64,000 bases of DNA from Cycas panzhihuaensis (taxonomy: Eukaryota > Plantae > Cycadophyta). Position numbers and translations under genes: made by a program. The stretch lies in contig CM041465.1 in the NCBI GenBank assembly GCA_023213395.1, positions 231,639,741 to 231,703,740 of the forward strand. The letters are read 5' to 3'. Each line of letters begins with the position of its first letter. The first letter of the stretch is position 1. The notes below the pieces were generated by a model. It was not told the origin of the DNA and searched no databases. It saw nothing but the letters and a program-made list of their open reading frames with translations. Positions 1 through 13,400 of the stretch are shown here, in pieces.

Positions 1-905
1 AAGAGATCCATCGGTTACATGGCTTCCCTAAAGCAATGGTAAGTGATCGTGAACCAAAATTTACTAGTAAATTTTGGCAGGACCTATTTAGAATTGCAGG
101 AACAAAACTCAAGATGAGCACAACATACCACCCTCAGACTAATGGGCAAACATAGATCATCAACAAATGTTTAGAGGGATACTTAAGGAACTTCTACTCA
201 GACAAACAAAAACAATGGCATCAATGGCTACATTTAGTAGAATGGTGGTACAACACCACATATCATTCTTCAACAAAAATGACACCTTTCCAGGCTTTAT
301 ATGGCTACATGCCACCATCATTATTAACCTGGAATAGACCTTCAAGGGTCCAGGCAGTCGAAGAACATCAAAAGCAAATGGAGAAAACCATCAACAAATT
401 GAAGGATAACTTAGCAATGGCACAAAACAAAATGAAATAGTAGGCCGATCAAAAGTGACTTGAACGACAATTCGAGGTAGGTGATTGGGTCTTCTTACGC
501 CTTCAGCTGTACAAATAGATGTCCCTATAGAAAAGAAGCAATCAAAAGCTAACACCTAGATACTTTGGTCCTTACGAAATCATTTCCAAAATTGGTGAAG
601 TCACTTACTAGTTAAAACTCCTAGAAAACACGAAGATTCACAACGTTTTTCATGTGTCCTGTCTGAAAACGAAGATTGGGGAAAAGATCGTTCCTCAATC
701 TAATATACCAGAACTCGACGACGAAGGAAATATAACACTGGAAGCCGAAGAAGTCCTGCAATCCCGCACCTGATCACTCAGGTCCAGACTGATCAAAGAA
801 CACTTAATCAAATGGAAGAACCTGGATATTGAGGATGCCACATGGGAAAAAGATGAATGGTTAAAACAGTTTTCGAACCTGGCAGTGCTTTGAGGGCAAA
901 GCACA
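1..905 (+). pseudogene. Ty3/gypsy chromovirus integrase C-terminal half plus chromodomain (degenerate; 5' part outside window)
   Basis: Manual translation gives [39 protein letters not shown], a PRYFGPY (GPY/F) motif and chromodomain-like EHLIKWKNLDIEDATWE; several in-frame stops. Confidence 0.9.
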
Positions 906-924
906 ATCTGGGGGGGGGGGGACT

Positions 925-1330
925 TGAAGCGATCTCTTTCAGAATCTGGCCGACTTCTATGTGCTAGATGTGGCTGACTTTTTATGGTTATGTTGAGCGC
1001 ATTCCTCCCTGCTCTAGCTGACTTCTTTATGTCCCTGTTTGAGCACCTATTTATATTGACTTTGAGGTCTTTCCAAGGCATCCATTTGTGAAGTGTCTCC
1101 TCCTTATTTTCGGCCTTAAGGCAATTGCAGATTTTTGGCCTTAGGGCTGCAATTTCTAAGGAGGATCCCTGCCTCGAAGGGTCTTGTGTTGTTGCAGGAA
1201 GTACAGGTACTTTGTTGGAACTCTACTTATATTTTGTGACGTTTTGGTATCATATTTTCTAGTATTTTGTATTTGATTTGTATTTGGAGATATAATCTTG
1301 GTATTATATATACGAAAGGTGTCCGCTATC
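925..1330 (+). repeat. 3' LTR of the chromovirus, preceded by a G-run PPT (910-921)
   Basis: Starts TGAAGCG right after the poly-G tract; aligns along its length with the LTR at 63089-63555; 3' end approximate (terminal CA degraded). Confidence 0.8.
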
Positions 1331-2130
1331 TGTAAAATTCGCCCTACTTGTTCTATTATTGGTGAACTCTCCCTCTCTTGTTCTATTTTTCTGTGAATTT
1401 GCTCTACTCTGTTCTATTTTTCCGTTCATTTGAGCAAAGGAATGGTTACATTGTCCTTCCTCAACCTCTAGCAATTGAATACTTGGACATTGAGAAAACA
1501 ACAAACCTTGAAACAGAGCGGGATAGAAAAATAAAACAGATTGAGTAGCACCTTTTACAGCTTCTAGATTTTTCGAGAATTTAGTAGCAACAAATTTAGC
1601 CCAATTAAACTTTTGGCCTTCTGTAACTTTAATCAACATGGTATGCGAATGAGTGGGCACAAATGAGTTCTTTTGTCCCAAAATAACTCTTGTAAATATA
1701 AAATGAGCTATCCAGTGCATTTCCTTGGATGAAATTCCTGAAATCCAGATTCTTGAGGTAGAAATGTCTATGACTCCTTAGCCCCAATTTCATGTGCGGC
1801 TTGTTCCCTAGATATCTACTTACCCATGGGAATATCTGGACCTTCATTGGGTAGCCCTGTTATCTTCGCAATCGCCTCTGTCGACAAATCCAACAGGGAT
1901 GGTTGCCGTACCACTAATGCGATTGCCATTGACAGAAAGGTATCTACATTTGGAAGAACTTTGACCAGCACATATTGGTTCAATCCCGCGCCTATCATCT
2001 TCTTTTTGCATTCATCTTTAGATTCCATTTCCTGCCATTGTCTTTGTATCCGCTCATCATCTGATTCTTGGAAAGTAACTATCATCCGCTGCCATCCTTT
2101 TTGCTCCTCTCCCTTCTTCCTTCCTTGCAT
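1304..2130 (-). pseudogene. Extra ORF downstream of pol in Gypsy-A (frameshifted)
   Basis: ORF pieces 1816-2130 (LSTEAIAKITGLPNEGPDIP) and 1304-1720 (WIAHFIFTR..FNWAKFVATKF); homologous to 42061-42420. Confidence 0.65.
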
Positions 2131-2454
2131 AGGTTTCTCTGTGCAATTTGATTAATATTGACCTTAAAATAAATTAATTCACAACTATGATATTAATGCA
2201 CCCACCTTCTTTCCGTCTTGTCGCAATCATGGAAAGGCGATCCTTGTAGATTGTGATCGATTCATTCTTAATAACGGTCACCTCCCTATTTTCGTGCCGC
2301 CTTATTTACTCCACCATGATCGCGTCTATTAATGAGGAGGTAATTATTGCCAATTGCACATTTAATTAACTTCTCATGGTTCGCCTTTTCATGATGGCCA
2401 TGATTACTACCATATGTTTTGGATTAATTTTTTTTGTTTTTTTATCTCGTCGTG

Positions 2455-3009
2455 TGTTAATCCTTATGTTTACATGTTAAGATTATGTATTTTATTTTCA
2501 TGTAATATTTGTACTTTTGTACTTTAGGGGTGACTTTATCACTTAAGTGATAAAGTGCACACCCACATTCTTTCTAGTGACACAACGTTGTCACTAAAGG
2601 GTCAAATGGACCCTCATACACTTTTGCTTACATGAGAGCCCAAAAGGACACATGTCCTACATGCAAGGCATGTATCTTGAATGTTTGACACTTGTCAAAC
2701 ATCCAAGGCCTTAGGTCTCTCATTTCACTCTATATAATGAGACCTCTTCTCATTGTCTTACAAGATAGTTGGAGCTGTATTGTTATGATGTCAGTTTGCT
2801 AATCAAACTGTTTATTCTTTTGGAGGTTGGACCAATTCCAACTCCACACATTGGGTATCATTTCTCTTGCTCTTTCATTTTATGCTTTGTCTCTTATGCT
2901 TTCTTTCATCTTGAGAATATTATACTTGTTAAGTATTTGTGCTTCTAGAACTAGAGTGATCCTAGCTTCTAGATCTTGGGACTGTGAGGCCATTAGGTCT
3001 CTTTTCACA
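2455..3009 (+). repeat. Copia-1 5' LTR
   Basis: TGTTAA...TTCACA; about 20 differences from the 3' LTR by eye. Confidence 0.97.
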
Positions 3010-5671
3010 TTTGGTATCAGAGCAAGAGGAGACTAGTTCCCTCTGTTCTGTTTGTAGTTGCTCAAGGAGATTCGAAGAAAGCCTACAAACCCTTAGTGAC
3101 GACCTTCGCACTCCGAAGGCAATCCAAGGTTTGTTTGAAGATCATTTCTTGCAGGTTCAAGGCTTTGCTGAAGTATTTTAAAAGGAGGAGCTTTCTATAT
3201 TCAAATCTGAATTTTTTTTTCGGATTACTTTCAAGGTTTTGAGCAAAGTACTCACGTTTTTCATGGTTTTTTCATTAAAAATCAAACTTTTTGAGCTGAT
3301 TCTTCTTATAGTTCAGGTGTTGACATAGTATGCAGCTTACTGAAACTCTTTAATGAAGTCTACTTCAAGCTATTAATTCTTTTGCAGGCTCTGGACTATT
3401 TCTGGGCCATTTTCAGCCCTCAAACCCCACTAAGGAACTCAAAATCCTTAGTGATGTTTGTATTTAGCTTATTTTTTGCTAGAAATCGGCTCTCAAGCTA
3501 TAATTTGTAATCTGGAATTGTTTTGAGAAGTTTCTTAGCAGTGCAGAGGTGCTTTTCATTGTTTTTTAGTGAAATTTTCATCAAAAATTGAGGTTTTTCA
3601 CTCGTTTTTCTTCATTCTAAGTTGGCTGTCCAAGATTTGACACTGCATGTAGTTGTAATAGAGTCCACAGAAGGAGCTCAGCGTGTTGTTGAAGGGTTTT
3701 GAACCCTACACAGCTGTACGACAATCATTTTTCTCCCAGTGACAGGGGCGCCCTCTGTTTGGCTCTTTTGGTTCGTTCTCTCTCACGAAGCAATTTCAGG
3801 TTCTGAAACTTCAGGGAAATCTCCGTACGGGTACTGCAACCCTTCAGTTGAAGTCTCGTCTCCATCCAAGTCTTGTGCAAAACGTACGATCCAACTGATC
3901 ATTTCCACGGGCGCGCGGACAGCGACAGCTCTTTTTCCTCATCATTTCATAGCACTCACTGAAAGTGCTTACATATACTGCTTAAAATGATCAAAACGCT
4001 GAGATCTTCTCAGATCTGAAGTCAATTTGTGAATTCTGGCGTTAATCGGTGAGAAAAATCAATTCTTATCATTGTTTATTTGGTGCGCAGGTCGCCGTTT
4101 TTTCGAAAAATCGAAAAAATCGCATTTTTTTTAACATTAGGTCGTAGACCTTATAATATATAATTAAGAATATTCTCTTTTATATAAACTTAAGTTGACC
4201 TAAAGGTTTATTAAGTCTTCTTTAAAATCATCAAAATTCTTTTTTTTAAAAGCCAAATCTAAAGTTTTTTAAATGATTTTTCATCATTTAATACTTGTTG
4301 ATTTCACTTTAGTGTAAAACGACTAAATCAAGGGTTTTTTCAAGTATTTTTCTACATCAAAAGTGGTTTTTTCTCTTTATTAAGTCATTCTTTTAGTAAA
4401 GGCACTTTGCATAGTGACCTTAGTCTAAATTTTCTTAAGAGAAAAATCACCTTTTTTTGAATTTTTAGAGCTAAAAATCTTCTAAATATTGAGTGATTTC
4501 ATTAAATCACCAATACTAACTCAAACTCACTTATTTGAAGACTAAAAAATACTCTTGTTTAAGTATTTTCAAAGGCTCCCTGCGTGGTGTTCTTACTAAT
4601 CAAGTTGCAAAAACAATTCAAATTTCAGCCTATGGTTCTTGGCTTTTTAACACTTAATTAATGTTGCATAAGTGTTAATTGACTTAAGTGATGTGATTTT
4701 AAGTGTTTGCAGATTGTAAAAAGTGATATTTATCACTATTTTCAAACACCTTTTTAAGGGACCTTGCATGGTGACCTATTGCTCTTAGTCTCAAAAAGGG
4801 CTCAAAAAATACGTTGTACTTAATAAAATCACTTCCTTTTTATCGTTGGGACTATTTTAAAGTCCCAACACTTGGTGCTTGGTGTCCTATTTTGCAAGTG
4901 GTTCTCTTACCTTCACTTTTAAGCATTAAAAGGAACCCACTTGTATCTTCATCACAAAGTTTTGCCTTGCTTCATTGAGTACTTAAGCACATTTTCAAAG
5001 TATTTCTTTGCAAAACTCATTGTAATCAAGCATCTGTTTTTTACTTGGATCTACATAAGCACTACACTTCATTAAGTGCTCATTGCAATAACACTTCAAG
5101 TGTTCATATTGATGTACTAAATTGCTTCTCTTTGAAGCCACTTTCATTGTAAAGCTTAATCAAGCATTCTTATAAGTATATCATCCAAGTAAATAAATCT
5201 AAGTTCACTTTAAAAACTTCTAAAAAGTGACTTAAAATCTTGTTGGAGAGGCTCGAAAAAGGTTTAAACCTTGCCTCTGAAATAACCTTAAGCTTGGTGC
5301 ATTCCCTAGGGGACCAATAGGCCGTCACGGTGCATGACAATTAAGGTTGCTTGAGGGAAAGGAGGTTCGAAAAGGGTGTTATTGGGGCTGTGAATCCCAG
5401 GGAAAGCATGGTACGTCCATGCAGATGAACCCTACCTGCCTTGTCCTAGATTTAACTTGGCCAACTGTTGGATATTCTCTATAAGATCAGAGTTGGACCA
5501 ACTCCATAGCCTAGTCCTCCACCCCTCATCATTCCATTCAGTTATTGGATCTTCTAGTAAGATCAGGACTGTTGGTTTCGTTAGAAGGTGGAACTTAAGC
5601 GACGAAAGCTTTGAGTTTCCAAGTTATTTGCTAGCTTCAAGCTTTATAACTGAAACATTGCTACTATCAAC

Positions 5672-8600
5672 ATGCTAAATGCATGCACCATTCGATTAAC
5701 AGGTCAAGATAACTATCAAGAATGGAAAGAATCACTTAGAATTTGTTGATCATGAATGAATTTTGGGGTTATGTTTCTGGAAGACTACCTCAACCTGTAC
5801 CTGTTATCAATGGCAATGTAACTATGCAACCTGATGATGCTTTAGTTGCTGCTTGGGAAGCCAAAGATGAAATCGCTTTGGCATTTCTTCATATGATTGT
5901 TGATGTACATGTGGATCAAACATTGCTTATGCTAAAACCTCTAAGGAAGCTTAGGACATTTTGTCCTCATTGTATGAAAGGCGAGATGAAGCTCGCATTT
6001 TAATGGTTAAAGCCAAATTGTATTTTGTAAAGTTTGTCAAGCCAATGTCAGTTTTTCTTTCCTCCATGAAGGAGGTATGTAATGAGTTGAATACACTAGG
6101 TAGTCCAACAACAAGAGATGAACTGATCACATCTATCACCAAAGCTTTGCCAAAGGACTACAATGGCTTCATATCATTTATTACAAGAGATGGTTCTCTC
6201 AAAAGAATGACATTCAATGAATTTGAAAGTCTATTGCTTCAAGAAGAACAAATCTACACCAAAGATAATGAAGAGGAACCATCCACATCAGGTGCATTCA
6301 CGGCCAACTCAAAGGCCAAGTAGAACCCCAAACCTGCACTCTCAAAGCAGTTTGGGAACATGAACATTGGGTCTTCAAGGACCAATGTTGTATGTCGTGT
6401 GTGGCAAAGGCGGCCACATAGCACCGATTGTCGAAGAAAAACAGCGGATATCGTCAGCAAAGACAACCACGTCAACCAAATCGGTGTGATGGCGACCACG
6501 TCAACAATACCAACAAAGATTCCAAAGAATAACAAGAAGAAAGAACCCCTCGACCAAATCAAGGTGCCTATCGAGGAGGTCAAAGAGGAAGGGGGAGTTT
6601 TAGAGGTGGCAATCAACGCCACGTTAATCAGTTTGCAGATGAAGACAAACTGTTTTGTGCATATCAAACATCCAAGGTTGATGAAACTTGAATTATTCAT
6701 TCTGGAGCTTCACAACACATGACTGGAAGTGAAGAGCTCCTCACCAACATTAAGGAAGGTAAAGGTCAATCAGTGACCTTTGGTAATAATCAATCTGTTA
6801 AGATTTCTGGAATAGGCACAATAACTCCATTTCATTCTTGATCAAATCCTTCCTCCTCATTTTCCGATGGCAATGCCTACTTCATACCTTCAATGGACAA
6901 GAACTTACTATCTGTTAGCAAGTTGGACAAGCAACAGACAAGTGTCTTGTTCAGAAATGGGAAATGTGTAATCAGTGACAAAGATGACCAAGTGGTAGCT
7001 GTTGGATATGAGGATCAAGGCCTCTACAAATTGGATGCAGATAATATAACACTTGATTCTGCTTACTCTGGTTCAATTGTCACTCCATACTTGTCCAAGG
7101 TGCAACTTTGACATCAACGTCTAGGCCATTTGAGCTTAGACAATTTGAGGCAAATGATCAACAAGAATATGGTACATGGGCTTCCAAAGATATATGGCAC
7201 AAAATGTCTTTGTGAAGCGTGCATTATGGGGACTCAACATCGCTTGCCTTTCCCTAAAGGCAAAGCATGGCGTGCATCACATCCTTTGTAGTTGGTACAT
7301 TCGAATTTGTGTGGACCTATGTCCACCGCATCTTTTGGAGGAGCTTTGTGTTACATCTCCTTCATTGATGACTTTTCTCACAAAGTCTGGGTCAACTTCA
7401 TCAAGCACAAGTTTGAAGCTTTTTCCAAATTCAAAAAATTGAAGCTTGAAGTAGAAAATGAGTCTGGCCACTCAATCAATCAAAACATTAAGGACAGACA
7501 ATGGAGGTGAATTTACTTCAAATGAATTCACCCAATACTGCAAGGATAACGACATTCAGAGACAACTGACTATTCCTCACACTCCTCAACAAAATGGGGT
7601 CTCCGAGCGAATGAACAGAACTTTGGCTAATAAAGCCAAAGCAATGATGCATGCACAAGGACTCACTCGAGCCATCAAGGTAAGCATTTCACACAGCTGC
7701 CTATGTGGCCAATCGCAGTCCAACTACAACAGTCACCAATATGACACCCGAGGAGGCATGGTCTGGCAAAAAGTCAACTGTCAGCCATTTGAGGACTTTT
7801 GGGTGCACTGCTTATATGCACATCCCCGATCAGCAAAGGACAAAATTAGCCAAGCATAGTCTAAAATGCATCTTTCTAGGATATGCCATTCATAACAAAG
7901 CCTACAAGTTGTATGATCCCATAGGGAAGAAAATGCATCTCTCAAGAGATGTCATCTTTGTTGAAGAAGATCATAAGGAGTTGCAAACAGCATCCATGCA
8001 ACCTCCCATTGACAAAGGTAAGAAGATTATTGAGGCCTTCCTTCCCTCTCAATCTTCTACACCATGTACATCATCTGCACCTACTGGACCGTCTATATCA
8101 ACTGAATTTGCTCCACTTGATCCAAGCACATCTTTTATTGATCAACCACTTAGACCAGAAGATCTCGAGGTTCAAGGTACTTCGATTCAAAAGTTACCAA
8201 AATGGTACACACAAATAGCACAGGACGACCACATTATTGAAGGAAAACGTCTATCAAAACACAGGCAGCAGACCAATTATGCACTTATGGCTGAAGTGCT
8301 ATGTGTTGATGAGCCTTCCACTTTTGAGGAGGCTTCTAAAAATGAAAATTGGAAGGCTGCCATGGATGAAGAAATCCATTCTATTGAAAAGAATGGTACT
8401 TGGGATTTGATTGAATTACCTAAACACAAACAGGCAATCAGTTGCAAAGGGGTCTGCAAGACCAATTTCCATTTTGATGGTTCACTTAAGCGGCAGAAGG
8501 CCCGTCTTGTGGCAAAAGGATTCAAACAAAAGGAAGGCATTGACTATGAGGAAACTTTTGCACCAGTGGCAAATATGAACACCATCAGACTCATCTTGGC

Positions 8601-9816
8601 CTTAGCTGCTCAATGCAAATGGCCAGTCTATCAGATGGACGTGAAGAGCGCTTTTCTTAACGGCGATCTTCAGGAGGAGGTATACTTGGAGCAACCTCCC
8701 GGTTACAAAGTACAAGGTAAGGAGCATTTTGTATGTCGCCTAAAAAAGACGTTATATGGCTTGAAACAAGCTCCAAGAGCATGGTACTCAAAGATCGATG
8801 ATTACTTCTTGAGACATGGGTTTCATCGATCTACTTCAGATCCTAACCTATATATAAAACATGAAAATAACCATGTCATTTTTGTTGCCTTGTATGTAGA
8901 TGACTTAGTGATCACTGACAGTGACACTAAGATGATACACATTCTCCAAGATGACTTGAAAAGAAGTTTCGAGATGATGATCTTGAACTTCTCCATTACT
9001 TTAGGCTTTGAGATATGGCAATGTACCAAAGATATCTTTATGTCCCAAGCGAAATACTCTTGGGACATTTTGCAGTGGTTCACAATGCACGACTGCAAAC
9101 CAACGCCTACACCAATGGAGAATGGATCTAAGCTTACTCTCAATGAGGAAGCTGCACCTGCAGATCCCACACTTTATCGGCAGTTGATTGGGAGCCTCAT
9201 TTATCTCACCAACACTCGACCGGACATTTCATTTACAATTGAAATTTGTTCACGATACATGTCTCAACCCAATCAAAAACACTGGAATGCAGCTAAATGC
9301 ATACTTAAATACATCAAAGGCACATTACAACATGGACTTGAGTATGCACATAACGAGAACTTCACTCTAGAAGGGTTCTCAGATTCTAATTGGGTAGGTT
9401 GCCAAGATAGTAGGAGATCAACCCTGGATCTGCTTTTTCCCTTGGTTCGAAGCTTGTTTCGTGGAGTTGCAAGAAGCAACCCAATGTTACCTTGTCCTCC
9501 ACCAAGAAAGTACAAAGTCGGCAAGACTTGTGAGGCTATTTGGCTATGACGGATTCTTGGGGAGCTTGGACTTGAGCAAAATCACCCCACCAGGATATAT
9601 TGTGACAATCAAAGTGTACTCAAGTTAACTAAGAATCTAGTTTTTCATGCACGGACAAAACACATCGAGGTTCATCATCACTTCATCAGAGAACATGTGC
9701 AGAATGGTGAGATCAACCTCCAAAGATGCACCTCTGAGGAGCAGATAATAGATATTTTTACCAAGCCTCTTGGTAGAGAAAAGTTTGTAAAATTCAAAGA
9801 TGGTCTTGGTGTCTGA
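5672..9816 (+). pseudogene. Copia-1 gag-pol (frameshifts and stops)
   Basis: Zinc knuckle near 6390-6430, integrase VHSNLCGPM/LRTDNGGEF/PQQNGVSER, RT QMDVKSAFLNG, LYGLKQAPRAWY, YVDD, RNase H YCDNQS..HARTKHIEV. Confidence 0.95.
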
Positions 9817-9843
9817 CTTAACATTGTAAACAGTAAGGGGGGG

Positions 9844-10396
9844 TGTTAAACCTTATGTTTACATGTTAAGATTATGTATTTTATTTTCATGTAATATTTG
9901 TACTTTTGTACTTTAGGGGTGACTTATCACTTAAGTGATAAGGTGCACACCCACATTCTTTCTAGTGACACAACGTTGTCACTAAAGGGTCAAATGGACC
10001 CTCATGCACTTTTGCTCACATGAGAGCCCAAAAGGACACATGTCTTACATGCAAGGCATGTATCTTGGATGTTTGACACTTGTCAAACATCCAAGGCCTT
10101 AGGTCTCTCATTTCACTCTATATAATGAGACCTCTTCTCATTGTCTCACAAGAGAGTTGAGTCAGATTGTTATGCTATCAGTTTGCTTATCAAACTGTTT
10201 ATTCTTTTGGAGGTTGGACCAATTCCAACTCCACACATTGGGTATCATTTCTCTTGCTCCTTCATTTTATGCTTTGTTTCTTATGCTTTCTTTCATCTTG
10301 AGAATATTATACTTGTTAAGTATTTGTGCTTTTAGAACTAGAGTGATCCTAGCTTCTAGATCTTGGGACTGTGAGGCCATTAGGTCTCTTTTCACA
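9844..10396 (+). repeat. Copia-1 3' LTR
   Basis: Direct repeat of 2455-3009, follows the PPT. Confidence 0.97.
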
Positions 10397-10402
10397 GTCG
10401 TG

Positions 10403-13400
10403 TAAGGTTTTAACCTACTACCGTTTACCACCTTTCGCAGAGTTTTACTGTCAAGCTGTCCAAGTTGGACAGCCCCATTTCTGCCAATACGAATCACCTT
10501 GTATGGTCCTAACCAGCATAATTTTAACTTACCTAGTTTTGTATGAAATTTGCTGTCGTACATTAATACCAAATCACCTTCTTGAAATTCTGGAACTCTT
10601 AAGTATCGGCCATGCCAAGCCTTCTCTTATTATTTTTCCGTTTTCATTTCTCACAGTGCTCGTGATCGTTTTTCGTCTAACTTCAACAGTGCCATGATCC
10701 TCTCATTCCATGAGTCTTGCTTGTTCATCCATAGATGAACAATCACCTGAAAGATTTCCACTTGGAATTCCAATGGAAGTACTGTTTCTAACCCATATAC
10801 CAGTTGAAAAGGTGTTTGTTTATGAGGCCACTTAATGGTTGTCCGATCTGCCCAAAGGACAGAATGCAATTGTTTTGCCCAATCTATTCTTCCTTCACTG
10901 CAGATTTTTGATAAAGCTATCTTCAAAATTTTCTTAGTACTTTCTACTTGACCATTGGCTCTAGGGTACTTGGGAGAAGATTGAAAATGCTGAATCATGA
11001 ATTCATTAGTTAAATGTTTTATAATACTATTTAAAAAACTACTACCCTGATTTGACACTAGTTCCAATGGAAAACCAAAATAGACAATGATGTCTTCATG
11101 TAGAAGTTTTGTTGTACTTCTTGCATCACAATGCCTGAAAGGTCGAGCTTCTGTCCATTTTGTGAAGAATTCAGTGGCCACTAATATGTACCTAGCGTTT
11201 GTATGCTTTGTCGGAGGACTTATCGGTTCAATAAAATCGAAACCCCATTTTTCAAAGGGTGCTTACGCTAGGATCGGATATAGGGGCATAAAGTGACATT
11301 TACCGAGCTTACCCACTCGCTGGCAAACGTCGCAACTCTTTATCCATTTCGTTGCATCTTTAAATATTGATGGCCACCACAAGCCTGCTACAAAATCTTT
11401 CGAACTGTGGGTTCCACACCTTGATGCTTGGCCGCAACTCCTTCATGTGCTTCCCGTAAGATGCCTTGTACCTCATGTTCCAATATAGAACATCTCAACA
11501 CACCATCTGAACCCATCTTGTATAGCATTCCTTATATCAACTGGAGGGGAAAGTTTTACGAATAAAACTTTGTCATTCTACTCATTCTAATCCTTTGGAT
11601 GTTTGTCCAGTGGCCAAATATTTTGCAAACTCCCTTCATACCATTTTGGTATGGCCTCCACGGAAAATAATTGTGTGTTGGGGAAGTCGTCTGATACTCC
11701 TGTAGCGGGTTCCCCATCTACCTCCCTTGATAGCACATTCGGTATTGTATGTTTGTCCCCCTTTTTAACCATAATTTTGAAATTAAACTCTTGAAACAAC
11801 ATCAACCATTTGCTAATTCTGCCTTGCAGAATGGGTTTATTTATTAAATATTTCAAAGCTTGATGGTCTACATAAAAAAAATGAACGGGTTGGCTAATAG
11901 ATAATGTTTGAATTTCTGCAAGGCATAGACCATGCCTAAGCCTTCTCGCTCAGCGACTGAGTAATTTTGTTCTGCAGAAGTCAATTTCCTACTTGCAAAG
12001 TGAATAGGTAGGTCTATATTACTATCACGAGGCTGAGTTAAAACACATCCGATTGCAATTAACGAAGCATCGACATGTGCATCGAATGGTCGGTCCCAAT
12101 CTGGAAATCTCAAAATAGGAGCTTTTGCAATTTTCCTTTTTAACAAATCAAATGCTAATTGTTGTCGCAATTCCCATTTCTATGCTATCTTTTTCTTGAA
12201 TAGACTCTCTAAGGGATTTGCAATATGTGCATATCCTTTTATAAATTTTTGATAAGAACCTGTCATGCCAAGAAAGCCTTTTACCTGCTTCATTATTTTT
12301 GGTGTTGGAAAGCTCAAAATTATTGTTATCTTACACAAGTCTGTTCATAGACCATCCTTGCTCACAATATGCCCCAAGAGAGATCCAAAGGGAACCAATA
12401 ATGTATATTTGGTTGGATTCAAGCAGAGCTTACTTTTTCAACACATTTCCAACATTAATCTCAGATTCGCCAAATGATTCTTCAATAATGAATAAAGTGT
12501 CCAATCATCTAAAAATACTTCAATTGACTAACCAATTACCTGCCGAAAAATATTTAGGATTATCCTCGAAAGGTGGCTGGTGCATTTGTTAATTCAAGAA
12601 GCATAACCTTGTACATGTACGTCGCCTTTTCCGTGACAAAAGTCATCTTCAGTTGATCCTGTTTTGCAATTTTCACTTGATTATATCTGCTAGAACCATC
12701 CGCGAACGAATATACTTCATGGCCTGCTACCTTTTCCAGAACATCTTCTGTAAATGGTATTGGAAATGGATCTTTTCTTGTTGCTTTGTTCAGAGCTCTA
12801 TAATCCATACAGACGCGAAGCTTCCTGTTCTTTTTGGGTACCACCACCACTGGACTTACCCATTCACTGGTTTTAACTTCAAAAATATAGTCGACTTCTA
12901 GTAATCTATCCAATTCAGCTTTCACTTTTTCCTTGTATTTCAGATTCATTCTATAAGGATGCTGACATATAGGTTTTATTCCTTCCATCAATTCAATTCG
13001 ATGTTCTCCCAATTTTGGTGGTATCCCTTTTAAATCTTGGTAGGACTAGGCAAAAACATCTGTGTTTTGAAAAAAAAATTATAGCTTGCTGAGCTATATC
13101 CTTATCTCAATAGTCTCCTATTGAGATCATCTAGGGATGTTCTTCTGTGCCCAAATTTATTTGTTGGATTTTTAGTTGCTCATTGTGCACTGTTTTGCCA
13201 TCTTCATTCAACTTATATGCTAGTGTTTGATCAATTATTCTGCTTCCATATTCTGTATTGGAATATTCACCAGGAAATTCACAATCCTTATTCACCACTT
13301 TGATTTGATTGTAACTCTGCTCAATTTCAATCCCAGAGGTACTCATCATTTTTGAAATTCTCAAGTCATGGTGCGAAAAAACTTTGCAAAACTTCTTGCT

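Larger units (their letters stand above)
2455..10396 (+). mobile_element. Full-length Ty1/copia LTR retrotransposon 'Copia-1'
   Basis: Paired TG..CA LTRs, PBS TGGTATCAGAGC (3012-3023, tRNA-iMet type), PPT 9835-9843, flanking direct repeat GTCGTG (2449-2454 / 10397-10402), gag-PR-INT-RT-RH order. Confidence 0.97.

Noticed and set aside
5420-5630. Possible hammerhead ribozyme (CAGATGA ... GACGAAA) in the Copia-1 leader
   Set aside because: Core is not CUGANGA and the two half-motifs are about 190 nt apart with no supporting helices
7705-9549. 614-aa ORF as a functional gene
   Set aside because: It is a fragment of Copia-1 pol; upstream frameshifts, stops and a shifted C-terminus make it non-functional
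2827-10405. Hydrophobic ORFs in the Copia-1 LTRs (2827-3036, 10157-10405) as small membrane proteins
   Set aside because: Non-ATG starts in T-rich LTR sequence; duplicated only because the LTR is duplicated
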